From contig JAZOQY010000036.1 of NCBI GenBank assembly GCA_045656285.1, positions 1,027 to 65,026 on the forward strand: a DNA stretch of 64,000 nucleotides. Reading direction: 5' to 3'. Positions 38,685 through 48,927 of the stretch are shown here, piece after piece; the stretch's first letter is position 1; every line of letters starts with the position of its first letter. Source of the DNA: Kiritimatiellia bacterium (lineage in GTDB: Bacteria; Verrucomicrobiota; Kiritimatiellia; RFP12; UBA1067). Under the pieces are notes generated by a model. It searched no databases, was not told the origin of the DNA, and saw only the letters and a program-made list of their open reading frames with translations. A program made the translations under genes and the position numbers.

Positions 38685-41600
38685 ATGAAAAAAAAATTCT
38701 TTACAAAGTTTGACTGGTCTGCATTTTGGGTTGCAACGATTGTTACTTTTGGAGTTTATTTCTACACTCTCGGACCGTCCGTAGGTCTTGAAGATTCCGG
38801 CGAACTGGCCACCGCGAGCGCCCATCTCGGCGTGCCTCATCCCCCGGGGTATCCGTTTTGGACATTCTGCACTTGGATTTTCTGTAAAATCTTCTCTTCT
38901 GTCACTTATATGGATCACCCGAATCCTGTTTGGGCGGTCAGTTGCTGCTCTGCGTTTTTCGGGGCCTTGGCGGCAGGTTGCATGGCGATGCTGATAAGCC
39001 GCAGTGCTGCAGATTTGATTAACACCGTCAAAAAAGATTCTCTCTTTGCGGATAACGATTCGTCAACTACAAATTGGCTTTCTTTTCTCGGAGGTGTCAG
39101 TGGCGCGCTTGCGTTTGCGTTTTCTCCGGTAGAATGGTCCCAATCGACCATAGTCGAAATTTATTCGCTCAACTCGCTTTTCCTGGTTTTGGTTTTTCTT
39201 TTGTCGTATCGGTGGATGCGCAGACCTACATACAAGACTCTTTGGTTTGTTGCCTTTGTTTTTGGCCTCGGGCTTACCAACTACCAGGTCCTTCTTTTCG
39301 CGATAGTTCCGCTCGGTATAATTATTTTGCTGAAAAACGTTAAACTCTTCAGAGATTTCGCGCTGTTTATCATACCTGTCCTGTTGACATATCATGTTTT
39401 GAAAACGGCTGATTTTCAGAGAGCCAAAGCAGGGATGTCGAGTGAAGTTGCAGCCAAGGCGGCTCCCGTGGGCGTCTCGAATTTGGAATACGCGGTTTCA
39501 GAGTCCAATCTTGGATCTTCTTACATTGACTACTGGTCGGATTCCAAGGCTTTTCAGGAAAATAAAAAAAATCTTGATAATCAACTTCTTCAATTAAAAA
39601 AAGAAATAAAGAATTTAAAAGAAGAGGGGAAAACGATTCCTTCTGAGATGTACAAGGCGTGCCTTGATTGCGAAGCCAAACTGAATATGATGAACTCTGT
39701 TCAGCGTAATGCATACAAGGTACAGTCAGATAAAAGAAGATTGAACAAGTTGTCTAGATTATTTGATGCGAGACGTCTTGCGTATATCCACAAGGAAGGT
39801 CTCGAAATCAAGGATAATGACAAGAGGGGGCGCGATGAGATGGCGGCCGTAGAAGGCAGTCTCAAGAATTTCGGATGTGACGAATCTGATCTTGTAAAGC
39901 ACAGCGACGGTAAATATCATCTAAGCTACGAAGCGTACGAAAAAATAAAACCGCTTTCAGAGATGGTATCTAAAACGAAACGTCTGCCGTCTCAACCTAT
40001 TGTTATCATTTCGATATTAGTCTTCTTCGGATTTATCATTTCAGCTTTTGTTCTCAAAAAAAGGAATAATGTCGATACTGCGGTTAAAACTGTTCTTGCA
40101 GGCGGCGCGAGCGCGGCATTTCTGCTTTTCCTTGCTGGCACCCTGTTTGCTCGCGCAGGAACATGGAGCGGCGTTGATGCTGAACAGTTTGCGCCGACTG
40201 CCGATCCGTTCGTATATATTTTAGTCGGTGTTTTCATATTGCTTTCGTCGTCGTTTGCGCTGGCGGCGTCATTGAGAGACGACGAGTCGCTCTTTGCCGG
40301 AAAATCCAAATATTTCATTCTCGCCTCCGGTGCCTTTGCGCTCTGTGCAATACTTTCGGTCCTGATGATTGTTCCGTCCGCAGACGGCGTTGCTGAGCTT
40401 TTCGGTTATTTCAACAGGGAATATCTTCCGTCTTACGCCGAATGGCATAAAGCGCTTTCAAACGAAATAGCCTCGTGTTCCAATCCCGCCGTAAAGGCGG
40501 AACTGATAAAGGAGCTCAATCAGCCTACGAACGCTTATGTGTCATGGGCGCCCGTCTTGATTCTTCTTGTGATTTTCGTATCGCTTTCCATGTTTGTCAA
40601 AAAAGGATTGTGTTACGCAATTCCCGTAGCCGGATTTCAAATTGCGCTGTTCTTGCTGCTTTCAAGAGGCGCTATGCATGGATTGACACATCCCACTACA
40701 TGGTGGTTCTGGTGGCCGCTCGTCTGGAATTTTGTCGTACTCGCATTGGTATGGTTTATTCTTCCCTATGGCAAATCCGTCGCCGGTGCAGCATTCTTCA
40801 CCCAGCTCGGTGTTTCGTTCTACGCTTATATGCCGATTGTTTCCGAATTGCGCAATCCTCCCATGAACTGGGGGTATCCGAGAACTTGGGAAGGTTTCAA
40901 GCACGCCATAACCCGTGGTCAGTATGAAGAAATCAGGATGCCGGATTTCGCCAGCGTTTCCGCATTTTTTGCTCTGGTAAAAAATCAAATTCTGTATTAT
41001 TTCAGTGAGCTGAAGATTCAGTTTATCGACTTTCTTCTCTTGCTGACGATTCTGCCTCTAGCCTGTTGGCGCGCTACAGTCCGCATAGCAGGAAAGAAGC
41101 ACTGTTTCTATGCGCTTTACTTCTCGTTGTTTTTCGCCGCACTTTTGGCGGTGCGCGCATGCGGATTCACCTTTGGTTTTCAAGATGCGGGCATATTGCA
41201 GAAATTTGACGTTGTCTTGATATTGGCAATGGCTCTGCCGGCCATTATCGGCATGTTGTATGTCATATTCAATCAGTTCATCATGCGTCCCGCCGTCGTC
41301 ATTTACAGGTTTTACAGCGTGAGCATGCATAACAAACGCAAAGATTATATCGTTGCATGCGTATTGATTTTATTATCTCTGGCAATATTGTCTTTGCTGC
41401 CGTGCTGCAAGCCCGGCGGAAGCGTTAAATATTTTGCGCTGCTTGTTTCCATGACTTTTATATTTGCAATGGCTGTAATGGCGGTGCCTTTCATTATAAA
41501 GAAACGTCTGGAAAAATCTTCCTTCTGTCTTTCATTCGATGCCGACAACAATACCCAGCATTGGATTCTGTCGTTAGGTGCGTGCTTTTTCATGATGACC

Positions 41601-43031
41601 GTACCACTGATTCTTTTGGCCAATGTCAAGGGAGATATCCAGGATGGCTTCATCCAAAAGGTTAAATTCATATCTTCGTATGCTATGGTCGCAATATGGA
41701 TCGGATACGGAATAATTCTGCTGGTTTCATTTTTCCGGCACCTATTCAGCAATATGCTGAAACATGAAAAGGCCGCATTCTTCATCGTTCTGCCGTTAGG
41801 TATTTTCTTTATGTGTTTGGCGGGAATAAATCCGATTCTCAAAAATTACACTGACGATGAACTCGTTTTAAAATATGGCGGATCTGAACAGAACGATCAC
41901 TCGTTCGGGTGGCAGTTCGGCGCATATCAGCTTGATGGTGCCAAGGCCATCAGGGCTCAGATAACCGAGGATGAAGAACCTCTTCCGGATCCTGATTATC
42001 CGCCGCCGATGGAGCCTTATTCAATTCTCTTTGGAGGTACTGATCCAGGGAGATTTGTTCCCACCTACATGATTTACGGCGCAAACTTCAGGCCAGATAT
42101 TTATCTTATCACTCAAAATGCCCTTGCAGACGGAACGTATATGTCCGTCCAGAGAGATCTTTACGGAGATGAAATCTGGATACCTTCAGAAAAAGACAGC
42201 GCTATAGCATTTGAACGGTACGCAATCAAAAATGGAGTGGACCCCAAAAACGGCAGGTTGCAGGTTACCGGTGCTCTTGAGGTCATGAAAATCAATGCTG
42301 AGCTTGCTGAAATGATGCACGAACACGACAAGAAGCGTCATGCATTTTATATTGAAGAAAGTTATCCGATGCCATGGATGTATCCGTATTGGGATGAAAA
42401 TGCAAACGCTCCAAAAGATGGGTTGGTTTCGCCTCACGGACTTGTTATGAAGATCAATTCTGAACCGACGGCATGCGATCCGGAACTTGTAAAAAAAGAC
42501 AGAGATTTCTGGGATTGGTACACTAGACGTCTTGTTGGGGATCCCATGTATCGGCGCGACTTTGCCGCTCAGAAAAGTTTTTCAAAGTTGCGATCGACAT
42601 TGGGTGGATATTATCATAAGCATCTCAATATGCAATTCCATCATTTACAAGCTGCTCTTTTGGGCCGCGGCAAAATTACCGAAAAGGAAATGACAGAAAA
42701 ATTGGATCGTATCAAATATTATACGAAAAATGCCTTGTCGGCCTATAATGAAGCCTGTTTTCTCTATCCAATTTCTTCTGAAGCGCTCAACGTCTATATC
42801 AATTTTATCGATGAGATCCACTATATAGAAGATTTTTTTGAAAAGATGGATAAGAAAATTTCAGACAGTCGATTTGCAGATCTGATAAACGGTTTTCTTG
42901 CAGACAATATAGCCAATAAAGAAACTCTTATGAACGACTTGCTTGCTCACATCGAGAAAAAAGATCCCAACAACAAACTTGCGCTAGGTTTAAAAGAAAA
43001 ATTAAAACGCGCGCGTGAACGTGCTGAATGA
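38685..43031 (+). CDS. DUF2723/TMEM260-like multipass membrane protein (putative GT-C protein O-glycosyltransferase)
   Basis: L.PSV..EDSGEL......LGVPHPPGYP, WSQS...E.Y.L, P.NWG.P; many TM helices; soluble C-terminal domain. Confidence 0.85.
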   Translation: MKKKFFTKFDWSAFWVATIVTFGVYFYTLGPSVGLEDSGELATASAHLGVPHPPGYPFWTFCTWIFCKIFSSVTYMDHPNPVWAVSCCSAFFGALAAGCMAMLISRSAADLINTVKKDSLFADNDSSTTNWLSFLGGVSGALAFAFSPVEWSQSTIVEIYSLNSLFLVLVFLLSYRWMRRPTYKTLWFVAFVFGLGLTNYQVLLFAIVPLGIIILLKNVKLFRDFALFIIPVLLTYHVLKTADFQRAKAGMSSEVAAKAAPVGVSNLEYAVSESNLGSSYIDYWSDSKAFQENKKNLDNQLLQLKKEIKNLKEEGKTIPSEMYKACLDCEAKLNMMNSVQRNAYKVQSDKRRLNKLSRLFDARRLAYIHKEGLEIKDNDKRGRDEMAAVEGSLKNFGCDESDLVKHSDGKYHLSYEAYEKIKPLSEMVSKTKRLPSQPIVIISILVFFGFIISAFVLKKRNNVDTAVKTVLAGGASAAFLLFLAGTLFARAGTWSGVDAEQFAPTADPFVYILVGVFILLSSSFALAASLRDDESLFAGKSKYFILASGAFALCAILSVLMIVPSADGVAELFGYFNREYLPSYAEWHKALSNEIASCSNPAVKAELIKELNQPTNAYVSWAPVLILLVIFVSLSMFVKKGLCYAIPVAGFQIALFLLLSRGAMHGLTHPTTWWFWWPLVWNFVVLALVWFILPYGKSVAGAAFFTQLGVSFYAYMPIVSELRNPPMNWGYPRTWEGFKHAITRGQYEEIRMPDFASVSAFFALVKNQILYYFSELKIQFIDFLLLLTILPLACWRATVRIAGKKHCFYALYFSLFFAALLAVRACGFTFGFQDAGILQKFDVVLILAMALPAIIGMLYVIFNQFIMRPAVVIYRFYSVSMHNKRKDYIVACVLILLSLAILSLLPCCKPGGSVKYFALLVSMTFIFAMAVMAVPFIIKKRLEKSSFCLSFDADNNTQHWILSLGACFFMMTVPLILLANVKGDIQDGFIQKVKFISSYAMVAIWIGYGIILLVSFFRHLFSNMLKHEKAAFFIVLPLGIFFMCLAGINPILKNYTDDELVLKYGGSEQNDHSFGWQFGAYQLDGAKAIRAQITEDEEPLPDPDYPPPMEPYSILFGGTDPGRFVPTYMIYGANFRPDIYLITQNALADGTYMSVQRDLYGDEIWIPSEKDSAIAFERYAIKNGVDPKNGRLQVTGALEVMKINAELAEMMHEHDKKRHAFYIEESYPMPWMYPYWDENANAPKDGLVSPHGLVMKINSEPTACDPELVKKDRDFWDWYTRRLVGDPMYRRDFAAQKSFSKLRSTLGGYYHKHLNMQFHHLQAALLGRGKITEKEMTEKLDRIKYYTKNALSAYNEACFLYPISSEALNVYINFIDEIHYIEDFFEKMDKKISDSRFADLINGFLADNIANKETLMNDLLAHIEKKDPNNKLALGLKEKLKRARERAE

Positions 43032-43088
43032 ATTTCTGCGGAAAATCGTCTAAAAAAACATTGATAAAAGAATAAAGGAGAAAAGCAA

Positions 43089-44120
43089 ATGCCAAGAACA
43101 GACATAGATTGGGCAAATTTGGGCTTCGGTTTTTCTGAGGTGAACTGCCACATCCGCTACGTATGGAAAGACGGCGTATGGTCCGAAGGGGAGTTGGTCA
43201 AGAAGCCTGAAATAACGATGCACATAGGTGCGAGTTGCCTTCATTACGGACAGGAGTGCTTTGAAGGAATGAAAGCCTTCCGCCAGAAGGACGGCAAGAT
43301 TGTGATTTTCCGTCCTGAGGAGAATGCCAAGCGCATGTACAAGACAGCCGTGCGCTGCGTAATGCCGCCCATTCCTGTGGATATGTTCATTGACGCGGTC
43401 GACAAGGTTGTTCGCGCAAACGAAGAGTATGTCCCTCCGTACGGCACGGGCGGCTCCCTGTATTTGAGACCGCTTCTCATCGGCACCGGCCCTCAGATCG
43501 GCGTCGCCCCCTCCAAGGAATACACCTTCATGGTCATGGTGATGCCTGTAGGCGCCTATTACAAAGGCGGACTTAAGCCCGTGCGCGCCGTCATTCTCGA
43601 CGATTGGGACCGTGCGGCTCCCAACGGCATGGGTGATGTGAAGGTCGGCGGCAACTATGCTGCGTCGCTCTACGCCCACGAGAAGGCGAAGCATGACGGC
43701 TGGCCTGTTGAACTTTATCTCGATGCCAAGACCCACAAGTATGTCGAAGAGTTTTCGACCTCCAACTTCATCGGCATCACCAGGGACGGAACATATGTCA
43801 CCCCTGACAGCAATTCCATTCTTCCTTCCATCACGAACATGTCGCTCAAGGAATGTGCTGCGGATCTTGGCTGGAAGGTCGAGTGCCGTCCAGTTCCCTA
43901 CGAGGAGATTCGCGAATTCGCCGAAGTCGCCGCGTGCGGAACCGCTGTCGTGATTACACCCGTCTGGGAGATTACCCGTGGCGAGGATGTCATTACAATC
44001 TCCGACAAGGATACTGTAGGCGAACATCTTCAGAAGCTTTACGATACCGTCCAGGGCATCCAGTACGGGCTTTTGGAAGATACGCACGGCTGGTGCCACG
44101 AGGTTAAGATCGACGCATAA
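43089..44120 (+). CDS. ilvE: Branched-chain amino acid aminotransferase
   Basis: LHYGQECFEGMKA, FRP.EN, LYLRP, KVGGNYA, EE....N, ILPSIT, CGTAVVITP. Confidence 0.95.
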   Translation: MPRTDIDWANLGFGFSEVNCHIRYVWKDGVWSEGELVKKPEITMHIGASCLHYGQECFEGMKAFRQKDGKIVIFRPEENAKRMYKTAVRCVMPPIPVDMFIDAVDKVVRANEEYVPPYGTGGSLYLRPLLIGTGPQIGVAPSKEYTFMVMVMPVGAYYKGGLKPVRAVILDDWDRAAPNGMGDVKVGGNYAASLYAHEKAKHDGWPVELYLDAKTHKYVEEFSTSNFIGITRDGTYVTPDSNSILPSITNMSLKECAADLGWKVECRPVPYEEIREFAEVAACGTAVVITPVWEITRGEDVITISDKDTVGEHLQKLYDTVQGIQYGLLEDTHGWCHEVKIDA

Positions 44121-44137
44121 CAGGTCGAAGTGTTGCA

Positions 44138-45835
44138 ATGGCCTGGAAAGAACGAGAAGTCTGCGAAGCCGATGTCGCTTCTTTGGTCAAAGCGGGTGAA
44201 AGTCCGCTCATGGCCAGGCTTCTCGCCTTAAGGGGCGTCACTGCGGATTCTCTTGAGACCTTCTTGAGTCCATCGCATAAGAATCTTCTTCCTCCCGACC
44301 GTCTTCCCGGAATAGAAGAAGCCGTTTCTGTCATAATATCGGCGAAGCGCAAAAACAAAAAAACCGTAATTCTCGGCGATTACGATTGCGACGGAATCTG
44401 TGCTACGGCGATATTGGTGAAAACGTTTGAGAGTCTGGAATTCGATGTCTATCCGTTTCTTCCCAAACGCATGGATGAGGGATACGGATTAAACGCGAAA
44501 ACAGTTGAAAGACTGTTAAAAGAGCATCCCGATGTAAAGCTGGTTGTCACGGTAGACAACGGCATCAATTCGATCGAAGAGACGGCGTATTTAAAGTCGA
44601 AAGGCATTGATGTCGTCATCACCGATCATCATCTTCCCGGCGAAGCGCTGCCGGATTGTCCTGTTGTCAATCCAAAAGTCAGCGCACCGGAGGAGTTGTC
44701 GGGGCTTTGCGGTGCGGGTGTTGCATTTATGCTCGCGAATGCGCTTGTCGTCAAGTCGCGGGAAGAAGGGCTTTACAATGGCGGCGCCGTCTCCGGACCG
44801 CTGATCGTACTTGCGGGGTTGGCCACCATAACGGATATAATGCCGTTGAAAGACCAGAACAGAATTCTTGTTTCAGAAGCACTGAAGCTTTTTCAGAAAT
44901 ATGCGCCGATAGGCCTTAAAGAGCTTTATCAACGCGTCTGCCGCCCGGGTGTTCTGGCTATGACATCGCGCGATTTCGGTTATGCGATAGGCCCTAGGAT
45001 AAACGCGTCCGGTCGCATGTCCGACGGTTCCGAAGCGTTGCGGCTAGTCCTCTCGAACGATCGCGAAGAGGCGCGCGAACTCGCCAGACTGGTCGATATG
45101 CGCAACTGTGAACGCAAGAGCGTCGAGCAGGATATGCTTAATTCAGCACTCCTTCAAATCACAAAAGGCGCGCCCGCACAGGTTATCGTTCTTCCGGATG
45201 GGCACCAGGGAGTTGCCGGAGTTGTCGCATCGAGAGTCCTTGAGAAAATTTCCGAGGACACATCATCCCGAGGAGTGCCCGTGGCGGTTCTCGTCGGCAA
45301 CCACGGTTCGGCGCGCGCACCGGAAGGATACAACGTCCGCGATGCGTTGACGGCCGCCGCCGAATCGCTGTCGCGTTTCGGCGGGCATGCCGCCGCGGCC
45401 GGCTTTTCGGTAAAAGAAGGATGCGTCGACTCGTTCAAGTCGCTTTTTGCCGCTGCATGCACAGCACAGGCGAATGCCGGAGCAGAATGCGACGAAGGTG
45501 AAGTTCTCATTGATGCGTGGGTTACGCCAAGTGATATCTCAGTCGAATTCGTAAATTCTCTAATGCGACTGGAGCCATTCGGCGAAGAAAATTCCGAACC
45601 GGTTTTCGCATTCAAAAATGTGTATATTTCTGATGTTCGGGTCATGGGGAATGACGGCCGTCATCTTCAGCTTACATTTTCAGGCGGTTTGCGAGCGGTC
45701 TGGTGGAACAAAGGCGAACTCGTCGAAACGTTGCGGGCGAAATCGCATCTTCCCGGCGATGTATTGTTCACAGCATCGATTTCAACGTACGGAGAGATTC
45801 ATGTCGAACTCAAGATACTCTCGATCATCCGTTAA
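44138..45835 (+). CDS. recJ: Single-stranded DNA exonuclease RecJ
   Basis: GDYDCDG, EGYGL, TVDNG, TDHH, PRINASGR, GSAR, FGGHAAAAG, LEPFG..N. Confidence 0.94.
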   Translation: MAWKEREVCEADVASLVKAGESPLMARLLALRGVTADSLETFLSPSHKNLLPPDRLPGIEEAVSVIISAKRKNKKTVILGDYDCDGICATAILVKTFESLEFDVYPFLPKRMDEGYGLNAKTVERLLKEHPDVKLVVTVDNGINSIEETAYLKSKGIDVVITDHHLPGEALPDCPVVNPKVSAPEELSGLCGAGVAFMLANALVVKSREEGLYNGGAVSGPLIVLAGLATITDIMPLKDQNRILVSEALKLFQKYAPIGLKELYQRVCRPGVLAMTSRDFGYAIGPRINASGRMSDGSEALRLVLSNDREEARELARLVDMRNCERKSVEQDMLNSALLQITKGAPAQVIVLPDGHQGVAGVVASRVLEKISEDTSSRGVPVAVLVGNHGSARAPEGYNVRDALTAAAESLSRFGGHAAAAGFSVKEGCVDSFKSLFAAACTAQANAGAECDEGEVLIDAWVTPSDISVEFVNSLMRLEPFGEENSEPVFAFKNVYISDVRVMGNDGRHLQLTFSGGLRAVWWNKGELVETLRAKSHLPGDVLFTASISTYGEIHVELKILSIIR

Positions 45836-45847
45836 AGACCTGCATTC

Positions 45848-46516
45848 ATGAAAGAACGTCTCCCGTTTAAGATAATCCATGAAGACAAGGACGTCATAGT
45901 CATCGACAAGCCTGCGGGGCTGTTGACGACACATACGAAACTTTACGGGCGCTCGGCGCGGGAAGCGCAGGCGACAGCCGAAAATCATCTCAACAATTAC
46001 GTTCGCAAAGGTCAGTCGAAAAGCCGCAAGCGTGTGTGGCTCGTCCACAGGCTCGACAGAGAGACAAGCGGCGTGATGCTCTTCGCCAAGAGCGAAGAGG
46101 TTGCCGAATACTTCAGGTCCGATTGGAACAATCTAACCGAAAAAACGTATCTTGCACGGGTAGAAGGCGTTGTTGACGAACCGGAAGGTGTTTTTGATTC
46201 GTACCTCAGAGAGGATGCCGACGGTTACAGGGTTCGCTCCGTGCCAGAAGGGACGAAGGGCGCCAAAAGGGCAGTAACCGAATGGCGTCTCATTTCGGTT
46301 TTGAAGGAAAGTTCGCTCGTCGAAGTTCACTTAAAAAGCGGACGCAAGAATCAGATTCGCGTTCATTTTTCGGAATACGGTCATCCGGTCGTCGGAGATG
46401 TCAAATATGGCGCAAAAAAAGCATCCCGGCTTTTTCTTCATTCTTCGCAAATATCTCTCATCCATCCTTTTTCATCCAAAAAATTGGAATTTTCATCCAT
46501 ATCGCCATGGCATTGA
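45848..46516 (+). CDS. RluA-family pseudouridine synthase
   Basis: DKPAGL, VHRLDRETSG, GRKNQIRVH, GHPVVGD.KYG, LHS. Confidence 0.92.
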   Translation: MKERLPFKIIHEDKDVIVIDKPAGLLTTHTKLYGRSAREAQATAENHLNNYVRKGQSKSRKRVWLVHRLDRETSGVMLFAKSEEVAEYFRSDWNNLTEKTYLARVEGVVDEPEGVFDSYLREDADGYRVRSVPEGTKGAKRAVTEWRLISVLKESSLVEVHLKSGRKNQIRVHFSEYGHPVVGDVKYGAKKASRLFLHSSQISLIHPFSSKKLEFSSISPWH

Positions 46517-46561
46517 AAAATCTTCCGAAAATGAATTTTAATGCGGCCTTTAAAGTCATTA

Positions 46562-46570
46562 TGATATAAT
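46562..46570 (+). promoter_or_regulatory. Extended -10 promoter element
   Basis: TGATATAAT 21 bp upstream of the aminotransferase ATG, with an AAAGG SD. Confidence 0.55.
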
Positions 46571-46591
46571 ATCCATAAACATAAAGGTAAT

Positions 46592-47803
46592 ATGATGCAG
46601 ACAGTAACAGACTATTTCGTGCAGGCCGCGGCAAAGGGCGGTTTCATCCGTAAGATGTTCGAAAAAGGCCTTGAATTAAAGGCCCAGTACGGCGAGGACG
46701 CCGTATGCGATTTCTCGCTCGGCAATCCCGATGTGCCTCCGCCAGAAACGGTTCGAGAGGTTCTACGCGAAATCGCCGACGACGCCATCCGTCCGCTCGG
46801 TCTCGGCTACTGCCCGAACGCCGGCATTCCGGCCGTGCGCGAATCCATCGCGGAATATCTTTCCAAACAGCAGGAGATGAAGCTTGCGGGCAAAGACGTC
46901 GTCATGACAGTCGGAGCCGCCAGCGCGCTTGTCGACTTTTTCAGGGCGACGGTCGAGCCAGGCGACGAAATAATCGTCCCCAGTCCATACTTTGTCGAAT
47001 ACGGCAACTATTGCGGCCACTTCGGCGGCGTATTGAAACCCGTCGATACGAACGAGGATTTCTCTCTTGACGTCAAGGCGATAGAAGCGGCGGTCACTCC
47101 GAAGACGCGCGCGATCATCGTCAACTCTCCGAACAATCCGACAGGGGCTGTATATTCAAAGTCCGAGCTCGAGTCGCTTGCCGCTCTTATCGACAGAGTG
47201 AACGGCGAACGCGAAAACGTGTCCGGCTCACGGGCTCTCTTTCTTCTCTCCGATGAGCCTTACCGAATCTTCGCCTATGACGGCGTAGAAGTTCCGGCGG
47301 TCCTACCCATGTCCAAATACGCCATCGTTCTCGGCAGCTTCTCGAAAACGCTTTCAATGGCCGGCGAACGCGTCGGATACCTCGTTGTCAATCCGGAGCT
47401 TTCCAGACAGGACGGCGGAACGCTCATGACGACTTTGATTCTCGTCAACAGAACGCTCGGCTACGTCAACGCTCCCGTAATAGGACAGAAGCTCGCCGCG
47501 GCAATCTGCAACGAAACGGTCGATCTTGAGATATACGCCCGTCGCAGGGCGCTTATGGCTGAAGTGCTGACTGACGCAGGTGTCGAGTTCACGATGCCGA
47601 AGGGCGCTTTCTATTTCTTCCCCAAGGCTCCCGGCGGCGACGATGCGAAGTTCGTCGACGCGCTTCTTGCAGAAAAGATTCTCGCTGTTCCCGGCAGAGG
47701 CTTCGGACGTCCCGGCTACATCCGCCTCAGCTGTTCTGTCGACGAGAAGATTATCACCCGCAGCGCAGAAGGCTTCAAACGGGCTGTGGAGGCGTGCAAG
47801 TGA
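46592..47803 (+). CDS. PLP-dependent class I/II aminotransferase (aspartate aminotransferase-like)
   Basis: DFSLGNPD, NSPNNPTG, SDEPY, SFSK..S..GERVG, GAFY, PG.GFG...YIRLS. Confidence 0.92.
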   Translation: MMQTVTDYFVQAAAKGGFIRKMFEKGLELKAQYGEDAVCDFSLGNPDVPPPETVREVLREIADDAIRPLGLGYCPNAGIPAVRESIAEYLSKQQEMKLAGKDVVMTVGAASALVDFFRATVEPGDEIIVPSPYFVEYGNYCGHFGGVLKPVDTNEDFSLDVKAIEAAVTPKTRAIIVNSPNNPTGAVYSKSELESLAALIDRVNGERENVSGSRALFLLSDEPYRIFAYDGVEVPAVLPMSKYAIVLGSFSKTLSMAGERVGYLVVNPELSRQDGGTLMTTLILVNRTLGYVNAPVIGQKLAAAICNETVDLEIYARRRALMAEVLTDAGVEFTMPKGAFYFFPKAPGGDDAKFVDALLAEKILAVPGRGFGRPGYIRLSCSVDEKIITRSAEGFKRAVEACK

Positions 47804-48927
47804 AATATTTCGGGCTGATTCTTGCGGCGTCGTTTTTTGCGTCTGCGTGCGCTTTTGGCAAGAGCGATGTCGTTTTCGACGCTGCGAAGAAGACGGTCAG
47901 TTTTGATGTCGTTTCGACCGACTGCGGTGTCGATACCGATGTCGAGTTCCTTTTGGTCGGCCCCGGTTCCGATCACGATTACGAAGCGATGTTCAAGACC
48001 GTTTCACCGGTCGGCGAAATTGTCGATGCGTTCACCAAGGCGGGCTTCCCGCTCGGTTCGGTGATGTCTGACAAGAACTGCCGCTTCTGGGCTACCGGCG
48101 ATGAAGTGATCATGGAGCCCGCCTTTACAAATCTTGTCAGGGATCTCCGCTCGGAAAACCGGCCGAAGATAATCTATACCGGCGGCGCAAGAAACGGGAA
48201 GGGTGAAGCGGAAGCAGCGGTGAAAATGCCTGAAGCCGTCTTTGCCCTCTACAACTGCCCGCAGTCTTTGATTCTCTTCGACGATTTTCTCGATCAGTCT
48301 GCGACGTACGGACGATTCAAAGTCGCTCAAAAGATTCCTGAAGGCGAGAAGCGCCGTATCACATTCAAATACGTATGCGGCACATCCCACAAAAAGGAAA
48401 CGATTGGAATAAACAGCACGAATCTTGCTGAAGTCGCCAGATCCCTTAAGGCGAAATCTGCCGAAGCGAAGCTCGACGTCCTGTGCGATTTCTCGCCGAA
48501 GATGACTGTTAAGGCCGTGCGTGATGCGGCGACGCTTCTTCAAATGCTCGATTCGAACAAAATCAAGATAAACGGGGTCAAGGAAGGGCAGCTGTACTAC
48601 AGGGCGTATTTGCCGCTCGAAAAATGGCGCGATCGCAAGGAGAGACTCGCTCAGCCTCCGGAAGTCCGTTTCAAACCTGACGGATCGTTCAGCGTAACCG
48701 AAATCAAAGAAGACTGGAGCGACGAAAACTCTCCGGATCCGAAATTGACTCCGGAGGAAAAGAACTATACCGACGTCAAGGCTGCCGCGAAGGCCGCAGA
48801 CGCAGTTGCCTCCAGAGTTTTCACCGTATTTTTCTATGCACCCGAAACATTGGAGATCGGCAGGATTTTCGAATTCAGAAAACATCTCAAGACGGATAAT
48901 TTGAGCATTTACGTTTTCACAGAATGA
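47800..48927 (+). CDS. Exported hypothetical protein (possibly YdjY-like domain)
   Basis: GTGA overlap with the upstream stop; signal peptide MKYFGLILAASFFASACAFG; VEFLLVG..S..DYEA motif. The family call is tentative. Confidence 0.6.
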   Translation: MKYFGLILAASFFASACAFGKSDVVFDAAKKTVSFDVVSTDCGVDTDVEFLLVGPGSDHDYEAMFKTVSPVGEIVDAFTKAGFPLGSVMSDKNCRFWATGDEVIMEPAFTNLVRDLRSENRPKIIYTGGARNGKGEAEAAVKMPEAVFALYNCPQSLILFDDFLDQSATYGRFKVAQKIPEGEKRRITFKYVCGTSHKKETIGINSTNLAEVARSLKAKSAEAKLDVLCDFSPKMTVKAVRDAATLLQMLDSNKIKINGVKEGQLYYRAYLPLEKWRDRKERLAQPPEVRFKPDGSFSVTEIKEDWSDENSPDPKLTPEEKNYTDVKAAAKAADAVASRVFTVFFYAPETLEIGRIFEFRKHLKTDNLSIYVFTE

